Shown here piece after piece: positions 1-14,405 of a stretch of DNA of 64,000 nt; position 1 is the first letter of the stretch; the number at the start of each line of letters is the position of its first letter. The translations under genes were made by a program, and so were the position numbers. The notes beneath the pieces were generated by a model. It worked only from the letters and a program-made list of their open reading frames with translations. It did not search any database and was not told the DNA's origin. Source of the stretch: Octopus vulgaris (lineage: Eukaryota); the NCBI GenBank assembly GCA_951406725.2, contig OX597815.1, positions 11,780,001 to 11,844,000 on the forward strand, given 5' to 3'.

Positions 1-30
1 GAAGAAGAAGAAGAAGAAGAAGAAGAAGAA
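1..30. repeat. (GAA)n microsatellite, runs off the window edge
   Basis: Perfect GAA array. Confidence 0.95.
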
Positions 31-493
31 GAGAGAATCTGCAATAGAAAATAAACCCTGTGACCGATAGACAACAAGACCAAAATGTGATAGATGAAAA
101 ACAGATATCCACTATCAAGAGATTGACAGATACGCTGTGTCATGTGATTAAAAGTAAAGCGCGTACGAGAACAAACTAACAATCGAAAAGAAAGAAACAA
201 TGTTATTATGTTTGTTGGATAGGTTGTGTCATGGTTGAAGTGTCATCTTAAATGTTAGTTTTATATAAATGTATATGTTTTGCTATTCTGTTGCATGAAA
301 AAAAGTGTTGGCACCAACACATACTTCTAGTATATTGGAAAGTCAAAATATGTGTACATAGGTTGTAGGTTGTTTACGTGTTTGTGTAATTGTTATGTTC
401 GTGTTGGGAAACGGAAAGAAGAGGAAATTTGAGAGGTAAAAGAAAATGCAGCGAGAGGTATGTGAACGAAGGATAAGAGCAAGGAGCATAGCC

Positions 494-496
<3 letters not shown>

Positions 497-540
<44 letters not shown>

Positions 541-594
541 CAGAGAGAGACAGAGACAGACAGACAGACATACAGACAGACAGACAGACAGAGA

Positions 595-626
<32 letters not shown>

Positions 627-880
627 TGGGGGGATGAAGGGAGGAGAGAAAGAGACACCCGCACATAGGCAAGGAGAGGGAAAGACACAGAAAGAGAGAA
701 AGGGAGCGAAGGAGCGAAAGCTTGAGAGAGACACACAGAGAGGCAAATACAAATAGAGCGAACGATCAAGAGAGTGAGAGATGAAGAGGGAGAGTGAAAG
801 TGAGAGAGAGAGATTGGGTCAGTGATTGAGTGATTGAGTGTGAGAGAGAGAGAAACTGAAAGAGAGAGAGAGAGAAAGAA
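497..880. repeat. Compound (GA)n/(GACA)n purine-rich low-complexity tract
   Basis: Direct inspection; explains the LSLSLS/ERERER ORFs. Confidence 0.9.
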
Positions 881-1885
881 AGAGTGTAAGATAGAGATAT
901 TATGCGCAGGATTAAGATATAAAACAGATATATACTGGGAAAAAAGAATATACTGCGAAAAAAGAACAAGATTCAAACTCACACTAATTGTTATATTTTA
1001 ACAGTTTTTCTATTCTTCAATGTATTTGGATTGGTCTTCTTCAGCCCGGTGTTTTAACACTTCTCGAGCGCCCTTGCCCTTAGGTCGTGAGTTTCGGGTT
1101 TTGACAACATCTTTCACAAGTTAATTCTGTGTCGATCATAGCATTCTTTTCCCGCAGATTCCTACCATTTGAATTGCTCAATACTTCTCTGTCGAACAAA
1201 GTTTTTCCATACTTTTCCCATGCCTTTTGACATTTCTCGAAACTATTTCCTTACTTAATAATCTTGCATTCATCTGCACTTAACATATAGTTCTAACGGG
1301 TGAATTTGGTCTCATTTCTTTTCACCCGTCACACACTTCAGTGTTGAACGAGCATTTTTTGCAAACACGCAACGTAGTACAATAGAATGTGATATTTCCT
1401 CGGTTAGATTATTCCCTTCATCCCATCAGAAGTAAGTACTCCCTGAACATTTTCCGTTTTATTCTGGTTCCTATGTTTCTGGAAATTTATAATCAAATAT
1501 GTAATAGTAGCTACCGTTTATTTGTAAAGAGAGCTTCAAAACACTTATATCAACAGTGATATCATGGAAATCTTAAATCTAAATACCCCTACATAACTGC
1601 TACGGATGATGTAATTCTCTGCCAGATTGTCTGTGAAACCACACGCCACTGTAATTCAACCATACATTCCATTAAATATACTGCCCCATGGCATGCTCAT
1701 TTGTTTCTTTTCAACATGTCGAGTTTGGCTACACCTCAGAGAACAACGAAGCCATACGCTCTCTATTTCTGATGCAAGCTACTTGCTTATTTTATCTGAA
1801 GACATCACTTTCAAAGGTTTCAATTCCTCGGCTGGAATTTCTTGTCTAACTTTTTAACAGATTTACAGATACTCAGATTTTATCA

Positions 1886-2388
<503 letters not shown>

Positions 2389-2580
2389 AGCAAATATTCA
2401 TACGGACGACTGAACATTAACTACTCCCGTTTAACAAACGGTGAGCAGCTAAACATACCTTCCTGATGAATAGTTTTTTGCTTGTTTAATTCTTTAATAA
2501 ACCCGTGACTGACACTCACATCTTAAATTCGGTCAAACATGCACATCCCAATGCTGAACCAACCATCATATCTCAGAAAT

Positions 2581-2920
2581 AAAGGGTAAAGACCCCCTTC
2601 GGTCATGAATGACCATGGGATTGCACCTAGAAAGTTTCCCTCCTAGACACAAGTCCGGGCAAGGTTGTTTTTATGGAAGACCAGCAGTCGCCCATGCATT
2701 CCAGCCTCCCCTCTCCACGCCACCAGTGTTATCCAAGGGAAAGACAAAGGTCGATACAGCTTGGCACCAGTGACGTCGCAACTCATTTCTACAGCTGAGT
2801 GTACTGGAGCAACGTGAAATAAAGTGCCTTGCTCAAGAACACAACACGCAGCCCGGTCCGGGATTCGAGCTCACAACCTCACGATCGTAAGCTCGACGCT
2901 CTAACCACTGAACCATGCGC
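2581..2920 (-). mobile_element. tRNA-derived SINE family B
   Basis: Minus strand GCGCATGGTTCAGTGGTTAGAGCG...CTCGAATCCC head and TTGAGCAAGGCACTTTATTTCACGTTGCTCCAG central domain; near-identical to 30611-30954. Confidence 0.9.
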
Positions 2921-3049
2921 ATGATTAATGAATTACAATTTATCAGCGGTCAAAAACAACTAAAATATCTTAAAAGATTTTAACAAGGTGAATGAAGTTA
3001 ACATTGTAAGTAAGTAACAAAGTGCCGAAACATTCCTTGTGGGATATGC

Positions 3050-3370
3050 AAATTATTTGAAAATGTTAATACCCAAAGAATTCTAGAATGAAAAGAAATT
3101 GAAGGAAAAGGCCAACCTGAATTGCCAAACAAAACCCATTTTATTGCCTCACATGGAAAGAACAATATACTGACCAAATGCATCGGATTAGAGTTTATAA
3201 ACAAGAAAGCAAAGTTCTCACCATTTAGAAATATGACATGTACTGAACATCAAAACATTTGTGCAAATGGAAAACTTAAAATATTTCCTTTTCTGAAAAT
3301 AAAGTAGGAAAATTATCAACTACGACAGACAAAACCAAAATACTTTATAAGGATACAAAATCCGAAATGA
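3050..3370 (+). pseudogene. Decayed Penelope-like element GIY-YIG endonuclease C-terminus
   Basis: Frameshifted translation KEQYTDQ..HRIRVYKQE/KFSPFRNMTCTEHQNICANGKLKIFPFLKIK*..QLRQTKPKYFIRIQNPK fits the PLE pattern YIGQT..R..HKQQI..SEH..C..IFPF..R..KE.YFI...P. Confidence 0.6.
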
Positions 3371-6269
3371 AAGCGGAACAGCAAACATTTGCTATTAAAA
3401 ACAAAGCCCTTTTGCAAAGATTAGCCCAAAACCCATGCATTTTAAAAGTCGTAAACAGTGAAGTCACTCAAACATCTCGAAGGCTTCTTTGTAAAAATGT
3501 GTGACTTTTAAAGATTTTTTTTATAGAATTAATGCTATTTAATATACGAAAAACTTGAAATATTCTGAATGGCAAGGATTTTTGTCTAAAAATAAATTCT
3601 AAATATTTGTGTTTGTGTTTCCATATACGTATGTGCTTACATATGTGTGTGTGTATGTGTGTGTGTGTGTGTGTGTATAGAATCTTTAGCTGTTTTAGAC
3701 CTGGTAAACCAAAGTGATGATTAATATCCATATTTAGTTGTGAACGTTTATTGGATATTTTTCAAACGCGGTTTATCCCAAAATAACCTTATTTTATTCT
3801 TTCGTTGTTATATTATGTATAACTATAAAATCCTACACGGTTTCTTGTCATTTCAGAGATTTTTAACATTCATTAAAATTAGATTGTTGAAATTAGATTT
3901 CGCTACGTGTCAAGCTTTATGCAAATTAGACTTTGTTAATATAATATTAATTGTTGAGGTTTTTTTTTTACTCACTAAATATTTGATCCCAACCAGTTTC
4001 AATTTAATACATTCTCATTAACGAAATATCAATTTCTAGATTAGGTAGAAGAACTACATGCTATTAAGAGAAGATGAGATTATAGAAGCATCTGAAAGGC
4101 ATTAATGTCAACTGGGAAGTTGTATTAATTGGGAGTTATGGAATAGCATCATCTGTTGAGAAATGGACAAAATGTTTGCATATGTTTGTTACATCTCTTT
4201 ACACTCAGATGTGAATTATAAAAATTAGCTAAATGTAACTTCCATCTAATCGGTCGATAAACTACACAACTGTCAAGTATTCTGACTGAATGTTCAGATT
4301 ATATACATATATATCTTCCAACGAAATTTTCTGCATGTCACTAATATCTTACATAACTACACGACCTCGAATGTAGTGGATTGAGATTACCAATGAGATC
4401 GATCCGAGTAAGCAATTATTTCAGCGACGCCTGTAAAACAACACTCGTTAAATATGTACTTACATTTCAAGTGAGAACGAAAATTGCCTCAACCAAATAC
4501 CGCCAGCCATTTTACCTGTCGTGTTACTCATTCTCAGAGTCCACCGACCTTGGCAGTTAGAAGTAATTTCTTGAGTAAGTGAACGGATGATTATGATAAA
4601 AGCAGAGACTTCAGTTATGATTCAAATTATTTCATGTCAGACATGTACAGTGAGTAGAAATCGCACGTAGAAAAGATTTCAAACCTTATTCAAAGCAGAT
4701 TCACCCCATATATTATTGGCTCAAGAAGATCATACTCAGTCACCTGATCTGAAAGACTTAACAGTCGAAATTTCTTATAGTCTCCTTTGTTAAATATAGA
4801 AAATATAATCGGGAAATCGTGAATAGATACATTTGATCATAGATTTCAATTGCTTTGATATGACCTGGAGTTAAAGAAAGACACAGCTGCCACAGGAACC
4901 GCCAACGTGAAGGGCGAATGGAAATGTTTTATATAAATTTAAACAAAATACATATGTGTGAAATCAATAACTTAATTAACAAATAAAATTAATGGAAGAA
5001 CATAAACCATATAATATATACAAAAATTCTTTTAACAGAAAAGTATGATTGTGTAGTTAATAAAAAATTTGCAAAAAATTAGGTCAAAATTGGATTCCAC
5101 CGCACAGCATCATACGGAAATTTTTCCTCATACCTTCAAACCATATTCCGCTTTCAACATATTGTAATAGCTTACAGTAATTTAGTTCATATAAAACTCA
5201 TACGAAGTGAAGGTCAACTTGATACTAAGTAGTAGTTTATATGTACTAACTTTTGTTTGTGTGATATCATGTCACAAACACCCTATATGATATATTCGCT
5301 TAACTAACATTCGAAGTGTAGTATTTTCAAGATTTATTTTAAATGTTTACATAATGACTACAAAAATGTCTTTCTTTATCTGAGAGATGAATCAATTTGG
5401 TCGCCACTTATACGCCATAGAAAAAGGACGCAAATATCTATGATTTCGATATATTTTGCTTAATTTACATGACATTATCCTATGACTATAGATTCTTTTG
5501 TATCTTTTAGACTAATATTATCAATGGGCAAGTGATCTCTTTATCAACTTGTATAAATAAACTAAATTAGTTCAGCATCTAATAACATACAAAGCAACTT
5601 TATTGAATCTTGAAGTCGTTCAATATATTTTTCTTTTAGTATCGTAAAACAGCCATCATAAAACAAATGAAGAATCCAACAAACGACAGCTATAGAGCTT
5701 TTCAAAAATACCTACATTCACGCATTTATGTAGAGTGCAGACATAGATACACATGCGCAGTAACCCACACGCACAGACAGAAGCGCGCACGCACAGACAG
5801 ACAGACACGTACACATGCGACGCGCGCACACGTAGCATAGAGACAAAAGGTGAATGTATAACCGTTCCAATGATGTTGTGAGTCGCTTATTTTTCCTTTG
5901 CTAATTTGTTTTTATTTTCGGAACAATGGCTGCTGATTCACTTAATGTAGTATAAGTGAATTTCTTAATCTGTTCACCAAATATTCTACTCTGATTAGGA
6001 GGTAAAAAAAAGAAAATGAAAGCAAAAAAATATTTTAATTCTTTTTTTCTCTTTGCGCAGATTAACAGATTTTAGTGTCATCTGTCAATGAAACGCAGAG
6101 ATAACAACAGTATATATACTTGTCGTGACAAGCTATTCTCTTCCAAACGTGTACTCGTCTGCTTTTTGTATAGGTATGTAGCAGTGATAAAGAAAATTAG
6201 TTACAGATCAATCTACACACATTTCTTGGTACTCGTCTACTACGTGTTACTTGTTCGCATTCTCCTCGG

Positions 6270-6270
<1 letters not shown>

Positions 6271-6337
<67 letters not shown>
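6271..6337. repeat. (CTAT)n microsatellite
   Basis: Direct inspection. Confidence 0.95.
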
Positions 6338-6338
<1 letters not shown>

Positions 6339-6389
6339 TATATAACCTATAAACACACACACATACAGACGCACACGTATATATATTTA

Positions 6390-6587
6390 TACGTGGAGTG
6401 CTGAAAAGATCAAAGCTTTTAAGATAACGCGAAAGGCCTGGTTAGAACGTCCATGTTCTTTTACAGGGCTGAGAGAAACTGAAGGACCACTGCAATAAAT
6501 GTGTGAATCTAAGAGAGGACTATGTGGAATAAAATCATAATCAACCGATACTCTTGTAATTTCTTTTACCCAAAGCCAGGAACTTTG
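6390..6587 (+). mobile_element. Non-autonomous mariner-derived element (MITE-like)
   Basis: Starts TACGTGGAGTGCTGAAAAG; ends AAAGCCAGGAACTTT, the reverse complement of the family TIR; retains the transposase end DHCNKCVNLREDYVE*; homologous to 42402-42545. Confidence 0.7.
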
Positions 6588-7606
6588 TATATATATATAT
6601 ATATATATATGCCCTTAGACTCAGTATAATTCCCATATAATTATCCGCGGCAGACAGTGTCTAAGTATAGGGGAACCACGTAAAAATCCAGGAAAAATAT
6701 CAGAAGAACGGAACAGGTAAAAAAAAAAGGATTATTTAGTGATGAAAGGAAGAAAATAATTAGTGTTTTCTTAACTGCGGATAATGTTTCTTCTTAAGAG
6801 AAAAACATAAAAGAAAAATATAATTAGCAGAGAAAAGAAGGGAGAAGAAAACTGTATTTAATGTGCATTGAACGGTTGATGATTATAGGGAAAAGAGAAA
6901 TAGGATTTTTCGCTTAAAGCGTGAGTTTGTTGTCTGTGCATATATTCATGTATAATATACTATGTGTATTATACAGGAATGGAGTTCGGTGCGCATATAT
7001 TCATGTATAACACACTATGTGTGTATACGCGAATATGTATTATAGTTGGGAATGAGTTGAAGCATAAACGTCCATGTATACACTCGAGTATGAGTGGAGT
7101 TTACTTATGTATTTTGTGTGTGTGTGTTTGTTGTTTTGGCTGTGTGAAATAAGACGCCCATGTGTATATTTGAGCGTTGGTGCATGCGTCTAATGTGGAG
7201 TACCAGGACCATTCTCTTACGAAATGATTCCTTTCCATTATGTAGCAACTATTTTATATTCAGCATGATTGATGTCCACCAATTAGAATTTCAGGTTTAA
7301 AACTGTTAAGAATTAGTGACTTGTTGACTGTCCCGTGCCAATAAACAGGAAACTACTTTGATATGAAGAAGCTTTCAAAATACCATACTGCCAAGCATAG
7401 GAACTTCAAGCATTATACTATCTCCAATGTCGAATCAACGTCGTCAGTAAACTTTCACGTCACCATTGCACCATTTTATATAACTAATACCAAATTACCT
7501 TCCGTACACAGTTCCTTAAAATCAAGTTGTCTCTATCAGAATAGAACGACTTTTCATTCCCACTTTTCTTGAAAACACAAAACTAGTCGGCGGCACTCTT
7601 TGTCCC

Positions 7607-7795
7607 TCCATCTTTCTCTCACTATCACCCGCCATCTTTCTCTCACTGTATCCCTCTATCATTCTCTCACTGTCTCCCCCCATCTTTCTCTCACTATCTC
7701 CCGCCATCTTTCTCTCACCGTCTCCCTCTATCATTCTCTCACTATCTCCCTTCATTTTCTCTCACTATCTCCCTCCATTTTCTCTCACTATCTGT
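7607..7795. repeat. ~24-bp minisatellite, ~8 units (CCATCTTTCTCTCACTATCTCCCG-like)
   Basis: Tandem degenerate units; produce the GDSERKM repeat ORF. Confidence 0.85.
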
Positions 7796-8392
7796 CTGTA
7801 TAGATGATGGACACTCCCGTCAAAGATGACGTATGAGTTTTTGGCAAGATGAGAAAAAAACCCCAAAACCCCCCAAATAAACAGTTAGCAAAAGCCCCAC
7901 ATTTTGCTATTACTTCTGTTCACAAATGTTTACAATTCAGTCATTTCACCCGTTGGCTCCTCATGTCAGTTCTTAGGACACCGAAAGGAAAATGGATATG
8001 AGCTTCACTTACTAAATGGCGCATAACCTGAGAAATCACAATGTGGTCGACGGTCGTTCCCAGAAAGAATGTAGTTCTGTTAATTTATGTTTCTATTTTC
8101 AGGTAAATGCTCATGATGAAATACTCTTAGGTATTTTGGAAACTGGAAAAAAATTTGAAACTGGAAAAAAGTACTCTCTCCTCCCTTCTGCATTGTTTCT
8201 CGAAGTTCTTAGATAAAAATATGTTGTATCTCTTTGAATAGACAGTGAATCACTATATTTGTGCATCCGCTGTAGGACTTTGGATATTAAAATAGATAAA
8301 AAAATCTTTTTGTGTTATGCTATTTGTGCTAATTCACATTTTCATTTCATCTTAAGCGGGTTTTCTTAGTACTCATTCTAAACTTTCAAAAC

Positions 8393-8439
<47 letters not shown>

Positions 8440-8514
8440 GTAGTAGTAGTAGTTGTAGTAGTAGTAGTTGTAGTAGTGGTAGTAGTAGTAGTAGTAGTTG
8501 TAGTAGTGGTAGTA

Positions 8515-8555
<41 letters not shown>
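8393..8555. repeat. (TAG)n microsatellite with TTG/TGG variants
   Basis: Direct inspection. Confidence 0.95.
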
Positions 8556-8556
<1 letters not shown>

Positions 8557-9359
8557 AGTTGTAAAATAAGGACAAAACCGGAAATTTGTTGCTTTAGTCA
8601 ATAAATTTCTGCCTTATAGTGGTTCTTTATTCTGCCGATGCCGGAAAAATGAATGACGAAGTTGACCTCGGCTGTATTTAAATGCAGACAATACAGACCC
8701 AGAATAATCTATACTATAATGGAGAAAGCTGCTTATTAATTAGTTCAAAAATGTAGCTTTTACTAGAAGAAAGCAATTATTACAGTCTGCATTGTCGTCA
8801 AAATGCTTTAAAATTCTAATATATATTCTTATCAAAATATGGTTTTGTAGTTTCTTTCATTATTGAACATTCACTAACACACTTCAATCACGAACCTCAT
8901 CTTTATTCACAGCAACATCTCTATTTCTTTCTTTGTTTCCTCGTTTCTTTGCTTCTCTCTCTACCGCTCTATTCAATTATTTTCTTTAAAATTTCGTAAT
9001 TATAAACTTTCTGTTTGAAATATTGTAAGAATATTTGTGAAATTACTTAGAAGTTTTCTTTAGTTTCAGACAAATGTTTTAACCATGCTCATTTAAATAA
9101 TGAAAGCCTAAGATTATTTTGTCAAAATAAAATTTGCATTTGTTCTTATATTGATGTTCGTCTTCTTATTTTTCAATGTCCTCCTCCTTTCGATTGTTCT
9201 TTTCTGTCTTCTGCCTCTCACAATCTTCTTTGATAACGCTTGCACTATCATTCCATTTAAGATTTTTTTTTCTTTCCCCTTCCCTCCTGCACACTTTGAC
9301 ACTTTCACCTTCTTTCATTGCAACACACACACACACACACACTGTCTCTCCCTCCCTCG

Positions 9360-9397
<38 letters not shown>

Positions 9398-9571
9398 CAT
9401 GTATATATAACATGTATTGGCGCAGACGTGGTAAGAAGCTTGCTTCCCAACCACATGGTTCTGGATTCAGTCCTACTGCGTGCAACTTGGGTGAATGTCT
9501 TCTAATAAAGCTTCGGGCAGACCAAAGCCTTGTTAGTGGATTTGGTAGACGGAAACAGAAAGAAGACCGTC

Positions 9572-9623
<52 letters not shown>

Positions 9624-9647
9624 TTAAAAAAAAAAAAAAATGTTCCT

Positions 9648-9680
<33 letters not shown>

Positions 9681-9681
<1 letters not shown>

Positions 9682-9875
9682 CGGGAAGCTTTATGAAAAT
9701 AAACAAAAGACGAAGGCATGTGGAATACAAACAAACAATTGTATTAGTATGGCGCTCAGGAATATAAATAAAACAAGTCTTTTACGTTTCGAGCCTACGC
9801 TCTTCAACAGAAAGATACACAGAAAAGAAACACAGAAAGAAACTAGGAGAGAAAAGAATGCGTGCAGAAGCTAGC

Positions 9876-9877
<2 letters not shown>
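9681..9877 (-). mobile_element. (TA)n-embedded short element carrying a hammerhead-like motif (PLE pseudo-LTR/retrozyme-like)
   Basis: Flanked by (TA)n on both sides; its end recurs at 42054-42113; related to 34431-34650 and 50640-50814. Confidence 0.7.
9778..9815 (-). ncRNA. Minimal type I hammerhead ribozyme-like motif (variant core)
   Basis: Minus strand TCTTT-CTGTTGA-A-GAGC(GTAG)GCTC-GAA-ACGT-A-AAAGA: 5-bp stem I, 4-bp stem II, palindromic ACGT stem III, GUA site; core reads CUGUUGA rather than CUGANGA. Confidence 0.6.
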
Positions 9878-9943
<66 letters not shown>

Positions 9944-10159
9944 GTATGTGTATGCGTGTGTGTATGTTTGTGTGTATGTGTGTGTGTTTGCCTTCGTAAC
10001 CTAGCTTTTCGGCATAAGAACCGATAGAATAAGTTCCAAGCTTAATGAATAAGTACAGGGTTCGATCTATTCGAATAAAAGGTGGTGCTCCAGTATGGCC
10101 ATAATCACATGACTGAAAGAAGTAAAAGAATAAAACGATGAAAGTTTATACATACAGCT

Positions 10160-10465
10160 TTACCCTGCATCGGTAACGACTACGAGTGTTCTAGCTGATT
10201 CCATTAACCGAACATCAAGTTCGGCAAATCAGTGTGCAAGTGGCTGGCTGCTACATAGGTAAGCGTACCCTTAACGTAATTCGCAAAGGGATACAGTGTC
10301 ACACACAATGTGTAAACCCTGGCACTTTGAGTTACAGGGACAATTTGTTTTTGCCAGCTGAGTGGACTGAGGTAATGAGAAATAAAGTGTTTTGCTGAAG
10401 GTAATCGCACTCATGACCGTAAGGTCTTGAGCCGAATAACCTAATCACTTAGCTAGGTGCCTTCA
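10160..10465 (-). mobile_element. Old chimeric SINE: family B-type head/central domain with family C-type tail
   Basis: CAGCTGAGTGGACTG..GAAATAAAGTG as in B, joined to GTACCCTTAACGTA..AAGTGGCTG as in C. Confidence 0.65.
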
Positions 10466-10591
10466 GGATCTACCTAGCTATCTATATCACTAGCTAGCTA
10501 TCTGTCTGGCTCTCTCTATATATACCCATATTTATAGCTATCTATCTATCTCTATATATATGTATATGCATACATACACATACATATACTT

Positions 10592-10692
<101 letters not shown>

Positions 10693-10826
10693 AAACCCGT
10701 GCACGAAACGCGTTTGTTATCCAGAATGGAGGCGAACACCTTTATTCATGTGATCGGTTTGAAAGATACTTGGATATTCTACTCTACCTAACATGAAACT
10801 AATGGTAGCCTTAATTCACCAATAAA

Positions 10827-10901
<75 letters not shown>

Positions 10902-11175
10902 CATGTATGTATTAAGCGCATTACTATACATAAATGCCTCACGCTAGGGGAGACTCAAAACCACCAAAGATAAATAAACACATTGTACCGAATACGAAGG
11001 GATGCAACTCTCGAAGCGGATATTTTAAAAACAGAATTCAGCTGCATATCATATGACTTCATAATTAGTGCACAACTGCACATTTTAATCTTCTGAAAAT
11101 TAAGAAGTGCACTCGTGAAAGAAGGGTGGTAGGTGCATATCACCCAAATCACACTGCTAACGATATATATATTCA

Positions 11176-11590
11176 TTTACTCTTTTACTCTTTTACTTGT
11201 TTCAATCATTTGACTGTGGCCATGCTGGAGCACCACCTTTTTATTAGAGCAAATCGACCCCAGGACTTATTCTTTGTAAGCCTAGTACTTATTCTATCGG
11301 TCTCTTTTTGCCGAACCGCTAAGTTACGGGGACCTAAACACACCAGCATCGGTTGTCAAGCAATGTTGGGGGGGGGGAAACACAAACACACAAACATATA
11401 CACATACACACACATACATACATATATACATATATACGACGGGCTTCTTTCAGTTTCCGTCTACCAAATACACTCACAAGGCTTTGGTCGGCCCGAGGCT
11501 ATAGTAGAAGACACTTGCCCAAGGTGCCACGCAATGGGACTGAACCCAGAACCATGTGGTTCGTGAGCATGCTACTTAATACACAGCCTC
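11176..11590 (-). mobile_element. SINE family A
   Basis: Reverse complement of the family consensus with (TTTTACTC)n tail. Confidence 0.9.
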
Positions 11591-13552
11591 CAATAACTTT
11601 CCAAGTGAATGCTGCAGTGTTCGACGTTCTAACAGAAGATCTACATTAAGTTGGATATAAAAATTACCTTTTGATATTAATACTGATTCTGTTCCCAAGA
11701 ATCATTTTAGTCTGCCGGCTATTTGTGACTCGTTTGTCGGCGGAAAGAAGAAAATTTAGAGCAATAACAGGAAGAACAAATGAGAAAAGAAAACTGCATT
11801 AACAGTAGTGGTAATAATAGTATCGGCAGTAGTAGTTGTTTATATTGTTGCTATAGTAATACTGAATATATGTCATCAATATGGAAGAAGGCTAGAGTCG
11901 ATTTGGTCGATCCCCAAACCTACTTGTCTTATTTTCTCATTTCCGTTTGCTTCAAAGATGCTTTGTCTATTTTTTTTTAAAAAATTCCATAACTATGTCA
12001 TCTCTTACATTCGTATCCCTCTGATGTATATCTTGTTCCACATTTACCATTAAATATCTTTCTACTCCTAACACACAAACATGCTACTGCGCCCACCTCC
12101 TTACTCTATAACTGTATCATTCCAGATTTTTTTGTTTGATCGAGATCTTGCAAAGATCGTTTTCAATTGGGCAGACACGAACCATTTGTTTTCAACAAAG
12201 AATTGTTGTCGGTTATCATAATGGGAGAGTCTTCGATTTCCTCATTATGATTTCCTTTGTCTCGAACATCCTTCGATTTCCATTTTTTCTGTTTTCTTTA
12301 TTGACTGTTTCATATACTGTAATAGCTTTCTTTTTTTAAGGATTTCTCTGCTTCTCTCATAGACCTGTCATATAATTTGAGATATATTTCTATCTTCATT
12401 ATATATGTATACATATATGCATTATATACTTTTGTCTCGCTGCCATTTTATTATTAGGGGGTTATCTCTGAGTCAGCATATCGTTGGTTGACACGAAAAA
12501 CTTCATACATTGGAATTCTTTGACTTTCGATATTTAGAGTATCATAATATTTAGAATTAACGACTTTAGAAATAATTTCATCTGATACATTTTTCAGAAA
12601 CGTGTGTCATTGTGTACATTGAGACAGCGTGTCAAAATCATTGAATATTAAAGCATATTATCTTCTCTAATCCCCGTGTGTCTCTTCGTTTCTACCTTAT
12701 CTCTTTAGAATTTTCTATAAAAAACACGAGGATTACTTGTAAAACACAGCCTTACAACCCCGACAAAATTTCATTATCAAACACAACATGCTTATCGTAC
12801 AAGTCACCAGGTGTTGTACGTTGACTCGATGACGTAATGAATTTATGATTCGATGGACTGGTTGATTTGTTTTGAAATGTACTGGTTGTTGATCTCCTAA
12901 TTTGGGATTCTTTTATTTTCCAAGCGTTACACCGAACTTTTAGGTGTATGTTTACCACGTTCACACGTTTCATACACTTATTTTAGTTGTTTGTATTATG
13001 TTTTCAGTCGCATACTGCTTTCACATACATATCCAATTCTTCTCAATTCCTATAACTGATATTTTATCATTCATGTTATCTTAATTTTGATGAAAGAAAA
13101 CGTATATTTTCATAAGTATTTATGTCCTTAACTGTAAGAATGTATCATTTCGATATATAAGAGGAATATTTTTACCATGCATCATCACAATTTTATGTGT
13201 ATAGAATTTTAAAGTAGGTGTCCTCTTAATTTTAGGAATATATCGCCTCATTCTTGGTTTAATTTTAAATGCATTACCTCTAAATACTATTTTTTTAAAT
13301 ATTAGCTATTTACTAAATCTTAAATAGATATTTTATTCAATTTATAGCATGCATCTACATTAATTATTCAAAGTATTTTACTTAAATGTTAAGTATATTT
13401 TATTTTATACCATAAACGTTATTAGAAATACTTTAATGTTGCCATCGTTACAGCGTATGATTTGTATATTTATTTACCGACTTCATACGGAGGAGGCAGA
13501 AAGACTGCATAGCATGTTGTCCGTGGTTCTAACAATACCTTAGATCGCCGCG

Positions 13553-13710
13553 TTAATAATAATGATAATAATGATAATGATGAGGATAATAATAATAATA
13601 AAAATAATAATAATAATAGTAATGATGATAATAACAACAATGATGATGATGATGATGATGATAATAATAAAAATATTAATAATAAAAATATTAATATTAA
13701 TAATAATAAT

Positions 13711-13745
<35 letters not shown>

Positions 13746-13842
13746 GAATAATAATAATAATAATAATGATGATAATAACAACAATGATGATGATGATGAT
13801 AATAATAAAAATATTAATAATAATAATATTAATAATAATAAT

Positions 13843-13904
<62 letters not shown>

Positions 13905-13923
13905 TACTAATAATAATAATAAC

Positions 13924-13986
<63 letters not shown>

Positions 13987-14065
13987 AAGAAGAAGACGAA
14001 GAAGAAGAAGAACGACGGCAACATTAACAACAACAGCAACAATAGCAAAATCAACAATAATAATC

Positions 14066-14097
<32 letters not shown>

Positions 14098-14203
14098 AAT
14101 GATGATGATGACGATGATAATAATAATAACAACAATACTACTACTACTACTACTAATAATAATAATAATTATTATTATTATAATGATAATAATAATAATG
14201 ATG

Positions 14204-14301
<98 letters not shown>

Positions 14302-14405
14302 TAAGCAGAAGAAGAAGAAGAAGAAGAAGAAGAAGAAGAAGAAGAAGAAGAAGAAGAAGAAGAAGAAGAAGAAGAAGAAGAAGAAGAAGAAGAAGAAGAA
14401 GAAGA
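13553..14405. repeat. 850-bp compound trinucleotide array (AAT/GAT/AAC/GAA/CTA)
   Basis: Direct inspection; source of the poly-I/L/K/R ORFs. Confidence 0.95.

Larger units (their letters stand above)
9419..10133 (+). mobile_element. Diverged SINE family A copy whose internal (TA)n hosts a second element
   Basis: Head 9419-9573 and tail 9990-10133 match family A. Confidence 0.8.

Noticed and set aside
343-982. ORFs of 109-202 aa
   Set aside because: Translations of GA/GACA microsatellites
1021-1870. Possible very old LINE/PLE RT remnant (minus-strand MPWGS resembling GxPxGS)
   Set aside because: Only one weak motif; no collinear RT motifs found
7607-7795. Regular ~24-bp repeats as a possible CRISPR array
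   Set aside because: No unique spacers; eukaryotic minisatellite
8088-8216. Possible exon after TTTCTATTTTCAG
   Set aside because: No recognisable protein and no partner exons
12751-13050. Minus-strand 73-aa ORF ending at a GTAAG donor-like site
   Set aside because: In-frame stop just upstream, no good acceptor and no recognisable homology; RNA-seq would be needed
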